The position numbers were made by a program, and so were the translations under genes. Below the pieces are notes generated by a model. That model was not told the origin of the DNA, ran no database searches, and saw nothing but the letters and a program-made list of their open reading frames with translations. From Polyangiales bacterium (GTDB lineage: Bacteria; Myxococcota_A; Polyangia; Polyangiales; Polyangiaceae), in contig JBBRNJ010000095.1 in NCBI GenBank assembly GCA_038230375.1, positions 1-31,252 on the forward strand: a stretch of DNA of 31,252 nt, in the 5' to 3' direction. This document shows positions 8,505-18,198 of this stretch, one piece after another. How positions within the stretch are numbered: position 1 is the stretch's first letter; every line of letters starts with the position of its first letter.

Positions 8505-8580
8505 CCCGTGAAGATTCTGTTCGCTGCGCGCATCCTTTTGACCTGCCGGGTCGTCTTCCTGACGAACGAGGAGAAAACCA

Positions 8581-9333
8581 ATGGCTGAAGCATCACTTTC
8601 GGGCAAGGTCGCGGTCGTCATCGGCGGAAGCCGGGGGCTCGGTCGCGGAATCGTCGAGAACCTCGCGTCGCGAGGGGCTCGCGTCATCGCGATCGCGCGC
8701 GACGAGAAGCGGCTCGCGGCCATGGCCGCCGAGGTACCCGGCGTCACGTCGGTCGCTGGAGACGCCACCGATGCGGTTCTCGCGGAGCGCATCCTCAAGG
8801 GCGACGCTCCGGATCTGGTCGTGCTCTGCGCTGGCGCCATGCCGGTCCTTGGCGCGCTGCAGGATCAGACGTGGGAAGGCTTCGTGACCAACTTCAACGT
8901 CGACACGAAGAGCGCGTTCGTGTGGCTGCAACAGGCGCTGCGACTGCCGCTCAAGAAGGGCGCTCACGTGATCGTCGTGTCCAGCGGCGCCGCGCTCCAG
9001 GGCTCCCCCGTGAGCGGTGGCTACGCACCTGCGAAGCGCGCGCAGTGGTTCCTGACCAGCTACGCCGCGACCGAGAGCACGCGCCTTGGGCTCGGACTGC
9101 GCTTCCACGTCGTACTGCCCGACATCAACCCGAGCACGGAGCTCGGACGCGCCGGCATCGAGGCCTACGCGAAGCGCAGCGGCGTGACGGGCGAGCAGTT
9201 CACGAAGCGCTTCGAGCCGCTGCTCACACCAACCCTCGCAGGCCAGCACATCACGGAGCTGGTCACGGCCCCGGAGCGCTTCGAGTCGCTCGCATACCGC
9301 GTGGGCGGCGGCGGCCTCATCGCGGTGCCGTAG
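8581..9333 (+). CDS. SDR-family oxidoreductase
   Basis: GGSRGLG Rossmann motif, VVSS and YAPAK (YxxxK); SD GAGGAG. Confidence 0.93.
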   Translation: MAEASLSGKVAVVIGGSRGLGRGIVENLASRGARVIAIARDEKRLAAMAAEVPGVTSVAGDATDAVLAERILKGDAPDLVVLCAGAMPVLGALQDQTWEGFVTNFNVDTKSAFVWLQQALRLPLKKGAHVIVVSSGAALQGSPVSGGYAPAKRAQWFLTSYAATESTRLGLGLRFHVVLPDINPSTELGRAGIEAYAKRSGVTGEQFTKRFEPLLTPTLAGQHITELVTAPERFESLAYRVGGGGLIAVP

Positions 9334-9351
9334 CCAGCAGCTCAGACGGCT

Positions 9352-10710
9352 TCACTTTGGCTCGATCGCCAGCGTTGCGTCGGGCCTGACGGACACCTTC
9401 GCCGACGAGCGCCACGTGCGCGCGATCGAGAGCGGCTCGTCCTCGAAGTGCGTCTCCACCTCCTGCGTCTTGTCGCAGGTGACCAGAGCGCCCGTGGCAA
9501 AGCACACGGCCGCGTTGAACGTGATCTGCGAATTCGCGAAGGTGCCAGCGGGCGCGCCCGTCACGTCGTCCAGCTTGGGGCCGTGGTTCTCGTAGCCGTG
9601 GTGCCACGTGATGAGCGCCGTGGGGCCCCGGCTGCTCTGCGCGAACGTGGCCTTTGCATCACCGAGATATTCGGCATAGCCGCCGCAGTGAGGATCACCG
9701 TGGGCGTCGTCCGAGAGGTGTGGTCCCACGAAGAACCAGGCCTTCTCCGTGCGAAGCACGACTGCGCCAAAGCTCTCCTGGTCGTTCACGGCGGCGTACG
9801 TCAGCACGTCCACGAACGGCGCGACGAGCACGCCCGGGCCCTTGATGGATGCAGAGGAGGCGTCGCTGGCGGCGCACGTGGTCTCCACCTGACCGGGGTA
9901 GTCCTTGCGGGCTGCGTTGATCGGCGTGTAGTGCGTGCGGAACGCCTTGCAGAAGTCCTCGGGCTTGGTGAAGCCCAATGAAAGGCTCGCGAGCGTGCGG
10001 TTGTCCTTGTCCAGATGCACGCCTCCCAGCGCGCCTACGCGCACGTCGGGGATGCGCGGAGTCGTGCGGAGGCCGGTTTTTCCTGGTGTTCCGAGCACGC
10101 GGAGCTCGGAGACGGTGAGCTCCTTCCACTCCTTCTTCGAGCCGGGTTCGGTCTCGGTGATCTCGATCTTGTAGGTGCCGCCGGGCTTGTCGATCTTCAT
10201 CGACTGCAGCGTGCGCTTCTCGATGTCGAGCGCCTGCTCGCCCACCAGCTCGCCGTTGCGTGTGACGCGGATCTTCTTGATGCGGTGGTTCATCGTGAAC
10301 AGATCACCGTCTGCGTTCTTCTTGTCGAAGCCGGCGGTGAGCAGGATACGCGCGACCTGCGCGTCGTTCGGCACGCGGAACGAGATCCATCCGTGCAGAT
10401 CGCCCGTCTTGCCGTTCCACGCCGTGTCGGGCTTTCCGTCGAGAAGGTGCTCCGGGAAGTCCTTCGGGTTGTCGACGTTGGAGGAGACGGCGACGTCGCT
10501 CTCGGTCGCCTGGAGCAGATCGACCACGGGAGGGGCGGTGGGCTTTGGCGCAGCGGGCGTTGCTGAAAATGCGGCGGTGGCGACGGTGGCGCGCGTGCCC
10601 TCCGCATCTGCTCCGGCAGGCGTGGCCTTGGGTGTGTCGCACGCAGCGCCAAGAGTGCTTGCGGCAGCGGCGAAGGCGATCAGCGCGCGACGGGGTCCAT
10701 GTGCAGCCAT
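9352..10710 (-). CDS. Lipoprotein with discoidin/F5-8 type C-like (galactose-binding-like) domain and an unknown C-terminal domain
   Basis: Lipobox LGAAC, Pro/Ala linker, VAVSS...PEHLLDGKPDTAW...WISF...VSELRVLG. Confidence 0.75.
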   Translation of the reverse strand: MAAHGPRRALIAFAAAASTLGAACDTPKATPAGADAEGTRATVATAAFSATPAAPKPTAPPVVDLLQATESDVAVSSNVDNPKDFPEHLLDGKPDTAWNGKTGDLHGWISFRVPNDAQVARILLTAGFDKKNADGDLFTMNHRIKKIRVTRNGELVGEQALDIEKRTLQSMKIDKPGGTYKIEITETEPGSKKEWKELTVSELRVLGTPGKTGLRTTPRIPDVRVGALGGVHLDKDNRTLASLSLGFTKPEDFCKAFRTHYTPINAARKDYPGQVETTCAASDASSASIKGPGVLVAPFVDVLTYAAVNDQESFGAVVLRTEKAWFFVGPHLSDDAHGDPHCGGYAEYLGDAKATFAQSSRGPTALITWHHGYENHGPKLDDVTGAPAGTFANSQITFNAAVCFATGALVTCDKTQEVETHFEDEPLSIARTWRSSAKVSVRPDATLAIEPK

Positions 10711-10720
10711 GCGCGTTTTT

Positions 10721-11338
10721 CTAGGCCGAGCGCGACGCCGTGTCTATGGCGCGCCGACGACGCCGCGTGAGTCGACGTGCGATCAAAACAAGGGGAACGA
10801 GCACCATGAGCCCCAGCGGCGGCGCTGGCTGCGCTGCAGAGACCACGCACGCGCCGCACCCGGACTGCGCAGGCGTCCTTGCCGCGATGCACGCCTTCAC
10901 ATCCTCTTCCGTTCGCGATGGCGAGAGGCAGCCGGGTCCCTCGGGCGGCGCCGCATTCACCTCGGTCATGGGCAGCGGTAGCCTCACGAACTCACCCGGA
11001 TCGACTTGAAAACGAGCCTCGTACGCGACCTCCACGCCTCCGCGGATGCCCGTCGCCGACACGCTGTGAATGCCCGGCTCGATCGTGAACGCCCGTGTCG
11101 TCATCGTGGTGACTCGCACCGGATGACCGTCGAACTTGACGGACAAACCCTGGACACCTTCGGGCGCCGTGAAGATCACGCGAGCCTTGTTCGACGCGAG
11201 CACGCCGAAACCGTCCCCGCCTGCATCGCTCGCCGACGGTGCCGCGGGTTGCGCGCCTGGCGCTGCTTCGTCGGCGCGCGCGACGCTGCCGGCCGCCGCG
11301 GCCGTGAACGCGAAAAGGGCTGCCACCAAGAACCGCAT
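10721..11338 (-). CDS. Secreted protein with PEGA-like domain and MYXO-CTERM-like C-terminal anchor
   Basis: Signal peptide MRFLVAALFAFTAAAAGSVARA; VKFDG...IEPGIHSVSA; C-terminal SGCGAC, then a TM segment and RRLTRRRRR. Confidence 0.75.
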   Translation of the reverse strand: MRFLVAALFAFTAAAAGSVARADEAAPGAQPAAPSASDAGGDGFGVLASNKARVIFTAPEGVQGLSVKFDGHPVRVTTMTTRAFTIEPGIHSVSATGIRGGVEVAYEARFQVDPGEFVRLPLPMTEVNAAPPEGPGCLSPSRTEEDVKACIAARTPAQSGCGACVVSAAQPAPPLGLMVLVPLVLIARRLTRRRRRAIDTASRSA

Positions 11339-11343
11339 GACCG

Positions 11344-12498
11344 TCAGTGCATCATTCTCTGGTTTGCGATCAAGACGGTGGTCGCGTTGCCGGACAGCGC
11401 CCCCACCTCGTGCTGCCACGCAGTCGCGCGCCACGTTCCTGCCTGCAGGTGATAGAGCCCGTCGAGGGTGCCCACGTAGACGTCGGACGAGCCGCGACCC
11501 CACACGTTCCGCGGCTGCGACGTGGTGGGCAGCTTCACCTTCGTCCACGCGCCGTCCCCCGTCGAATGCAGCAGCGACGAGCCGGCAACGTAGATGTCCT
11601 TCGCTCCTGCAACGTAGACATGCTCGTTGAACGCGGTGCTCTTGCCTTCGTCCACCCACGCCCCAGCCTTGGTGCGGCGCAGGATCTGGCCATCTTGCCC
11701 TGCGGCAAAGATCAGATCGCCAGCGCCGCCCACGTCGAACAGGAAGCTCTTTCCGTGTCCGTCGACCGTCCACACACCGGCCGCGTCGCGCCGGTAGATT
11801 CGTCCGCCGTCGCCCTTGGAATGCGATGGGCCGCCCACGATGTACAGCTCCTTGTCGTTCCCCCAGATGCCGGAGAGCGTGCCGTCCATCCCCGTGACCA
11901 TCTCCTCTTTCCACGCCGCGCCATCCCAGTGTGCCAGCGTCTTCACGCCGGCGACCCATACGTCCTTCGAGCTTCGGCCCCAGACGTGGCCGAGCTCGTT
12001 CTCGCGCCTGGAGTAGACGATCTTGAACGCGCCGCCTGGGTCCTTGCGATACACGACGCCCGTGTCTGGCCCGGGCACACCGGTATAGTTGTATCCTACA
12101 AGGAACTCGGCGCCGTCGGGAGCCACGTACGCGCCGCGGATCGCCTCGTCGTGACCATGCAGCGCCGGCGGCAGCTTGTCGCCTTCTGACGCGATGTCGT
12201 TGCCCACGATGTTCGCGATCTCGCTGGACGTCTTCATGAAGCACGGTCCAGTGACACCTGGGCCGCACGGCGGAAACCCTTCCGGGTGCGCCTTCTCCGC
12301 GGCGTTGAACGCGCTCTCCAGTTGATCACCGATCTCTTGATCGGTCTTCCCGCCCGCAGCTGCGCTGGGCAACGAAGCCGCCTGGGTGGATGCACTCGCG
12401 CTTGGCCCGACGCCCTTGTTGCGCGGCTTGCAGCTGGTGACTGAAGCCACGCTCGCCAGGACGAACACGGTGATGACCGCGATGCGACCGAGATGCAT
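11344..12498 (-). CDS. Lipoprotein with beta-propeller (VWGxxxxDVW/Y) repeats
   Basis: Lipobox VTSC; repeats VWGRSSKDVWVAG, IWGNDKELYIVG and VWGRGSSDVYVG; HWDGAAW. Confidence 0.8.
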   Translation of the reverse strand: MHLGRIAVITVFVLASVASVTSCKPRNKGVGPSASASTQAASLPSAAAGGKTDQEIGDQLESAFNAAEKAHPEGFPPCGPGVTGPCFMKTSSEIANIVGNDIASEGDKLPPALHGHDEAIRGAYVAPDGAEFLVGYNYTGVPGPDTGVVYRKDPGGAFKIVYSRRENELGHVWGRSSKDVWVAGVKTLAHWDGAAWKEEMVTGMDGTLSGIWGNDKELYIVGGPSHSKGDGGRIYRRDAAGVWTVDGHGKSFLFDVGGAGDLIFAAGQDGQILRRTKAGAWVDEGKSTAFNEHVYVAGAKDIYVAGSSLLHSTGDGAWTKVKLPTTSQPRNVWGRGSSDVYVGTLDGLYHLQAGTWRATAWQHEVGALSGNATTVLIANQRMMH

Positions 12499-12689
12499 GG
12501 GCAGCAGGTTACACCGCAAGGGCTCCGCGTACATTGGCGCTGCGCTGCCGGGCAGCCGCAGCCACGGCGCGCCGGTCGTGCTCACGTGAACCGTCGTTGG
12601 CGCGAAGCCAACGATGCGGCTGTTTTTTCAGGCCTTCCTTCGCGCGGGGTGCACGCCGGCCGGGTCCGGGAGGTGCACTCCACACCGAC

Positions 12690-13148
12690 ATGCATATTCG
12701 CTTCAATTCTTCGCTTGGCTTCCTCTTCGCGCTTTCTCTCACAGGCTGCTTCTCCGATGTCGAACAGACGGCTGCTGAGAAGGTGACCCACCCGGCGGTA
12801 CAGGCTGCCAACGAGAAGCTGGGCGGCGTGTCCGGGGCATGGACCGGCACGTGGAAGGGCCCCGACGGCCACGACCATCCGGCGCACGCGACGTTCACGC
12901 AGGAGGGGCTGTCCGTCAGTGGCACGTTCACCTTCGAGGAGAACCCGTGCGTGCGCGCGGCCACCCTGCGCGCCGCCATCGTGGACAAGGGACTGGACGC
13001 CGACCTCACCGCAGGCGAGCTCCACCTTCACTACGCCGTCACGTATTTCGACGGCACGAGCATGGACGGCGAGCTCACGGCGATCGAGCCCGCGCTCTGC
13101 GCGCTGGGTCAGGGTGGCTCCGCGCTGGTGCATTTCACCCGCGACTGA
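12690..13148 (+). CDS. Small hypothetical lipoprotein (beta-barrel-like, SGAWTGTW)
   Basis: Lipobox LTGC, upstream GGAGGT, coding-like GC3 bias. Confidence 0.75.
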   Translation: MHIRFNSSLGFLFALSLTGCFSDVEQTAAEKVTHPAVQAANEKLGGVSGAWTGTWKGPDGHDHPAHATFTQEGLSVSGTFTFEENPCVRAATLRAAIVDKGLDADLTAGELHLHYAVTYFDGTSMDGELTAIEPALCALGQGGSALVHFTRD

Positions 13149-13178
13149 CCGGCGGCGAGCCGTGCTAATCCGTGCCGG

Positions 13179-15023
13179 ATGCGAACGCCGCTCCTCTCCG
13201 TTGTGCTCCTTGGATTCGTTGCATGTGGCTCGCCCGCGCCACCGCCGCCCACCCCGCTCCCCCAGCCCAGCGCGGTGCCGGTCGCGTCCGTCACGCCCGC
13301 AGCCCTCCCGGCCGACGCGGGGGTCGCCGCCGCGCCCGCCGTGTCCGAGCTCTCCGCGCGCTACCTGGACGGCCTCTTCCGTGCAAAGCCGCATCTGGCT
13401 TCTTTTGCAGGCGATCACCGCTTCGACGGGGCGCTGCCGGATTTCTCGCCGGAGGCCGTAGAGCGGCGCGAGGCGGAGCTCACGAAGCTGCGCGCCGAGG
13501 TCTCATCCGTGCATCCTACATCCTTCGAGGACGTGGTCGACGTGGCGATCATGAACGACGCCATTGGCCTGGAGCTGCTCTACATCCGGGAGATCCGCGA
13601 CTGGGAGTGGGACCCGCGCATGAACGACTCATTCCCCGTGTACGACCCGCGCGAGATCGTCGCGGGTCGCATGTCCGACATCATGCATGGCGACTTTGCG
13701 CCCGAGGCGGACCGCCGCCGCAGCATCACGGCGCAGCTCCGCGCGCTGCCCGCGTTCATCAAGCAGGCCGAGGCGGCGCTCAAGATGCCGCGCGGCAAGC
13801 GCAAGACACCCAAGGTGTACGCGGAGCAGGCGAAGAAGGAGAACGTTGGCCGCATCGAGTTCATGCAGACCGAGGTGCACGACTTCACGAAGGACGACAA
13901 GGACGCGGAGGCCGCGCGCGCCGCCGCGGTGGAGGCGCTCAAGGGCTACCAGAGGTTCCTGGAGAAGGACCTCGCGCCCACTGCCGACGGCGAGTGGCGC
14001 CTGGGACGGGAGCTCTACAAGAAGAAGTTCGGAATGGCGCTGCAGACGGAGCTGGGGCCCGACGAGGCGCTCGTGGCCGCGAAGAAGGCGTTCGACGACG
14101 CACGCGCGGAGCTGGTTCTTCTCTCGAAGAAGCTCGCTGCGCAGCTGTGGCCCGGCGACAAGAAGCAGCGAACCGACGCGGAGATCGTGAACCGCGTGAA
14201 GGAGGAGCTCTCCAAGCATCACCCCGCGCCCGACGCGCTGGTCTCGGCGCACGCGAAGAACCTGGACCAGATGCGCGCCTTCATCGAGTCGCACGACCTC
14301 CTTTCGCTACCGCCGAAGGACACGCTCACGGTGCAGCCCATGCCGCTCTTCAAGCGCGGCGCATCCGGCGCGGAGTACCTGGCGCCCGGGGTGCTGGAGA
14401 GGCGCCCGTCGTTCAAGGCCACGTACTACGTGGACCCCATCGACCCGACGTGGAAGAAAGACAAGGTCGAGTCGTACCTGCGTGGGCAGAACGACTACGA
14501 GGTGCAGCTCATCGCCATGCACGAGGCCTACCCCGGCCATCACACGCAGTTCTTCTACTCGCGCAAGAACCTGAACCCGTTGCGCGCGGTCATGTGGAAC
14601 GCGGCGATGGTGGAAGGCTGGGCCGTGTATGCAGAGGGGCAGATGGTGACGCTGGGCTGGGGCGGGGCCGACAACGATCGCTACCGCTTCTACGATCTCC
14701 GCGGACAGATGATCTCGTGCGCCAACACAGTGCTGGACGTGAAGCTGCAGTCCGGCCTGATGACGGACGAAGAGGCCGTTCGCTTCATGGTGGAGGACGG
14801 CTTCCAGGAGCGCGCGATGGCTGAAAAGAAGCTACTCCGTGCAAAGCTCGACTCCACGCAGCTCGCGCAGTACTTCCTTGGCCTCGCAGAGATCCGTACC
14901 TTCGAGAAGGAGTTTCGCCAGAAGGTGGGTGACAAGTACAGCCAGCGCGCCTTCAACGAGGCGGTGATCGCCGACGGCTCGGTCGCAGTGAAGTTCCTCA
15001 GGCAGAAGGCGCTTCGGCCGTAG
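13179..15023 (+). CDS. DUF885-family lipoprotein (zincin-like, putative metallopeptidase)
   Basis: Lipobox FVAC; HEAYPGHH and EGWAVYAE motifs; Y..G..EI and FNEAVIADGSV C-terminal pattern. Confidence 0.9.
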   Translation: MRTPLLSVVLLGFVACGSPAPPPPTPLPQPSAVPVASVTPAALPADAGVAAAPAVSELSARYLDGLFRAKPHLASFAGDHRFDGALPDFSPEAVERREAELTKLRAEVSSVHPTSFEDVVDVAIMNDAIGLELLYIREIRDWEWDPRMNDSFPVYDPREIVAGRMSDIMHGDFAPEADRRRSITAQLRALPAFIKQAEAALKMPRGKRKTPKVYAEQAKKENVGRIEFMQTEVHDFTKDDKDAEAARAAAVEALKGYQRFLEKDLAPTADGEWRLGRELYKKKFGMALQTELGPDEALVAAKKAFDDARAELVLLSKKLAAQLWPGDKKQRTDAEIVNRVKEELSKHHPAPDALVSAHAKNLDQMRAFIESHDLLSLPPKDTLTVQPMPLFKRGASGAEYLAPGVLERRPSFKATYYVDPIDPTWKKDKVESYLRGQNDYEVQLIAMHEAYPGHHTQFFYSRKNLNPLRAVMWNAAMVEGWAVYAEGQMVTLGWGGADNDRYRFYDLRGQMISCANTVLDVKLQSGLMTDEEAVRFMVEDGFQERAMAEKKLLRAKLDSTQLAQYFLGLAEIRTFEKEFRQKVGDKYSQRAFNEAVIADGSVAVKFLRQKALRP

Positions 15024-15885
15024 ATCGCCGGAGCACGTCGAGCAGCGGCGCGATCAGGGCGACGGGGGCGCGATCGAACTCGCCAAGCTCGCCGTCGAGC
15101 ACCGCGCGAAGGTGGGGCCTCGCATCGATGAGCCAGCGCGCCGTCCGGAACGCGAGCGCAGCGTGCCGCGACTCGTCCTGGGCGATCTTGGTGTAAAATG
15201 CACGCATCGACGGCGTTGACGCCTGGTCCGCGAGCGCGTGTGCGCGGTGGGCTGCGCGTGTCTCGCCGACACACCCACCCCAGAAGACGTCGCGCAGCAG
15301 CTCCTCCGTGGTCCCGAACGGGGCAACGGCGGCGGCGAGAGGGCCCGGCTCGTCCGGCGCCGCCCCCAGCGACGCAAGCACCGCGAACGTGCTGCGAGCG
15401 TGCTCGATCTCGTCGGCCAGCGCGCGTTGCGTTTCACCCACGAGCCACGCCGGAGCTCCGAGCGAGAGGAGCTCACACATCGTCCGAGAGAACGCGGCGA
15501 TGCTCGCGTGCTCCTCGAATGCGGCAGCGCGCAGCGAGGAGAGGTCTGTCCCGGTGGCGTCGGGCAGCGCGTCGCCGTGCCATCCTCTCCCCGGACGGGA
15601 CGCAGCAACGTGAGCCGCGCCATCCACCGTCAGCGGACGACCAAGGTTCTGCACATGGCACTCGCCTTCACTGCAGTAGTAGTGCTCACCGCAGTCGTTG
15701 TCCGTTTTGCAAGGGCCGCGCGCCGGCTTTGCAGACGGCGTGGTCACGGTCGCGGACGAGGACGCCGCAGAAACCGCGGGCACGGTGGCCGTTCCGCCGG
15801 AGTCCGGAGGCGGCTTTGCAGGCGTGCAGCCCATGACGCCAACGTGGAGGAGGATGAGAGCCTGGATCGGGGTGAGCGTCTTCAC
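14998..15885 (-). CDS. Lipoprotein with a Cys-rich repeat and a C-terminal ferritin-like (diiron carboxylate) domain
   Basis: GTG start and lipobox VMGC; CKTDNDC...C...C; GRP motif; EEHAS, DEIEH, GET and DESRH ligand pattern. Confidence 0.8.
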   Translation of the reverse strand: MKTLTPIQALILLHVGVMGCTPAKPPPDSGGTATVPAVSAASSSATVTTPSAKPARGPCKTDNDCGEHYYCSEGECHVQNLGRPLTVDGAAHVAASRPGRGWHGDALPDATGTDLSSLRAAAFEEHASIAAFSRTMCELLSLGAPAWLVGETQRALADEIEHARSTFAVLASLGAAPDEPGPLAAAVAPFGTTEELLRDVFWGGCVGETRAAHRAHALADQASTPSMRAFYTKIAQDESRHAALAFRTARWLIDARPHLRAVLDGELGEFDRAPVALIAPLLDVLRRSTAEAPSA

Positions 15886-15899
15886 GAGTCGATCGTACC

Positions 15900-18110
15900 T
15901 CAGAAACCGGCCTCCACGCCGATGCTCGGTAGGATGACCGGGCTCTGGTAGTTCGTCTGCAAGCCGCTCTCTTGCGTGTAAGATACACCGATAGGCTCCG
16001 CGCTGTTCGTGGCGTTGAAGCACTCCAGCGACGCGGCGATCCAGCGCGAACCGGTCAGGGTCCACCGCTTCTCCAGCCGCGCATCGAGCCTGAAGAACCC
16101 GGGCAGCACGCCGCTCGCCTGGACCTGTGGAATGGCGTCGCTTCCGGGCGCGCAGCTCTGCGTGGGACACTGCGTGCGGTATGGTCTGCCCGACTGCACG
16201 AACATGCGCGCGCCCGCGCGAAACCCTGCGCCGAGATCGTAGCTCAGCGCGACAGAGAGGAGGTGGGTGCGATCCCAGAGCGAGCGCTCCGTGACCGCTC
16301 CACTGATCGTGTCGGCGCGCGAGAGCGTGTAGGCGAAGAACCCGCCGAGACGCTCGGACAGATCACGGCGCACGAAGAGCTCGGCGCCGTAGCTGCGCTC
16401 CTGCGCGCCAATGTCCTTCGCGAAGACGCGCGAATAGAACGCGCTGCCGTGGAGGCGGATGCGCGAAGGCAAGCGGACCTCGAGCCCCTCGGACGCGTGG
16501 TAGCCGTCTCGTGACGCGAGCTCGATGGGATCGGGAATCTTGGAGGGCACGAACACCTCCTCGGTCGGCTCTTGATGCGTGACGCCCAGTGACGACACCC
16601 ACGCCAGAGACGACGTGATGCGCACCCTGGCCGCAAAGCGCGGCTGCGGCGCGAACCGCGACTTGCCGCGCACCGAGTAGACGTCGGCACGCAGGCCCGG
16701 CACCAGCTCGAGCCGCTTCTCGGGCCGCCACACGACGTCCGCATAGGCGGCCGATTCCACGTCGGTGTGCGCGCCGCGAGAGAGCCCGGCGGACTGGTCG
16801 CGCTCGAAGCGCTTCACGCCGAAGTCGGTGCCGGCGCGAACGCGTGCCTCCTGCGAGAGCCGCTTTTCGTATTCGACGCGCGCACGCCCACCGGGAGCGC
16901 GCAGGGCCGCGCGTGGGCCGAGCCCCGTGTCGTTCTGTTCGGCGGTGAACGCGTCGTCGTAGCCCAGCGTGGCGGCCACGCGAAGGTTGCCGTCCTTGAC
17001 GGGGTGGTCGTAGCGAAGGTCCAGGCGGTGGTACTCCACGTGGAAGAACTTGATGTTGCGATAGTCAAGGTCGTCACGAGCCCCGAACACGAACGCCGTG
17101 GCGGTGTCCTCTCCCCACGTCTTGTGCGCGACACGCGCCTGATAATCCCAATATCCAACTCCGTAGTCCGGTGCGACCAGCTTGGTGAGAAAACCCGTAT
17201 AGCCGTATCGCCCGGCTGCCATCGCACTTCCGCGCCCTGCGTCGAACGGGGCCTCACCGAATGCGTTCGCGTCGAACGCCCGCGCCCCGGCCTGCGCGTG
17301 CGCCTCCTCCATGTTGGGACGCGTGGTCTCTCCAGTGATCATCGCGCCGGTGAAGCGCCCATAGCGAGCCGGCGGCGCGTCCGAGAACAGGTCCACCGAG
17401 TCCACGAGCGACGGCGAGATGGTCGCCGGGCCAGACCCCACGTGGAAGAGGAGCGGCACCGGCACACCATCCAGCGTGTAGCCCACGCTCTCCGGAGGAG
17501 CGCCGCGAACATAGTAATACGGCAAGCCCGACAGCCACGGCGCCATGCCGGGCAGTGCCTCGACGGCGCGGAACGGATCCGCGAACGCGCCGGGCATGAA
17601 GCGCGAGTCCGTCCGCGGAATGTGATTGGAGCCGGGCTCTTCTCGCTCCGCACGAACTGAAACCACGACCGGCGCTTCCGCTGGCGGCGAAGGGCCTGGG
17701 GTCGGTGGCGACGGAGCTCCTGGCGTTCCGTCTGGCGGCAGGGGAAGCGGCGGCGCGCTCGGCCGCGGCGCATGGAACACGATCTCGACGGCGATGCGCG
17801 ACGCGACAGGTACTTCGTCGCGCGTGGCGGGTGTGAAGAGCCAGCCCTTCACGGCGACAATGGCGGCGTCCGTGAACGGCGGATCGCCGCGCTTCACCGC
17901 CGCGTCCGTGACAGCGCCCTGGTTCGACACGGATACAAAGAGCAAGACCGATGCGTCGCCGCTCGCACCACCCGGATAGGGCACATCTCCCCGCGAGTCG
18001 ATGCGCTGCGGTGGAACGATGGTGGCCGCCGCGAGCGCCGTGCGCGGGTAACAGATCGCAAGCGCGACTGCGAGGCACATCCCAGGCAGCAGCGGCCGCA
18101 TCCGCCGCAT
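15900..18110 (-). CDS. TonB-dependent receptor with N-terminal TonB-C-like domain (myxobacterial type)
   Basis: Signal peptide; YP..A...V...G.V...AAIVAVKGWLFTPA (TonB-C); plug PGAFADPFRAVEALPG..VRG; barrel ending LPSIGVEAGF. Confidence 0.9.
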   Translation of the reverse strand: MRRMRPLLPGMCLAVALAICYPRTALAAATIVPPQRIDSRGDVPYPGGASGDASVLLFVSVSNQGAVTDAAVKRGDPPFTDAAIVAVKGWLFTPATRDEVPVASRIAVEIVFHAPRPSAPPLPLPPDGTPGAPSPPTPGPSPPAEAPVVVSVRAEREEPGSNHIPRTDSRFMPGAFADPFRAVEALPGMAPWLSGLPYYYVRGAPPESVGYTLDGVPVPLLFHVGSGPATISPSLVDSVDLFSDAPPARYGRFTGAMITGETTRPNMEEAHAQAGARAFDANAFGEAPFDAGRGSAMAAGRYGYTGFLTKLVAPDYGVGYWDYQARVAHKTWGEDTATAFVFGARDDLDYRNIKFFHVEYHRLDLRYDHPVKDGNLRVAATLGYDDAFTAEQNDTGLGPRAALRAPGGRARVEYEKRLSQEARVRAGTDFGVKRFERDQSAGLSRGAHTDVESAAYADVVWRPEKRLELVPGLRADVYSVRGKSRFAPQPRFAARVRITSSLAWVSSLGVTHQEPTEEVFVPSKIPDPIELASRDGYHASEGLEVRLPSRIRLHGSAFYSRVFAKDIGAQERSYGAELFVRRDLSERLGGFFAYTLSRADTISGAVTERSLWDRTHLLSVALSYDLGAGFRAGARMFVQSGRPYRTQCPTQSCAPGSDAIPQVQASGVLPGFFRLDARLEKRWTLTGSRWIAASLECFNATNSAEPIGVSYTQESGLQTNYQSPVILPSIGVEAGF

Positions 18111-18198
18111 GCTACCAACGTTCCGATTCAGTTCCGGATGGAGATTGCGTGAACGCCTTCACCGTGGACTCCTTGGGGTGGTCTGCGAGTATGGCGCC

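Noticed and set aside
8531..8555. CATCC-N16-CGTC as an ECF promoter for the SDR gene
   Set aside because: Plausible shape, but only a single instance and no cognate sigma can be assigned from this window.
10721..12268. 515-aa ORF in the track
   Set aside because: The N-terminal part is Arg-rich shadow overlapping the propeller lipoprotein. The signal peptide begins at 11338.
13172..14824. Long Arg/Ala/Gly-rich alternate-frame and antisense ORFs (this one, and e.g. 127-888, 3615-4910, 22639-23718, 30608-31219)
   Set aside because: Expected by-products of high GC and codon bias; they have no motifs and each overlaps a well-supported gene.
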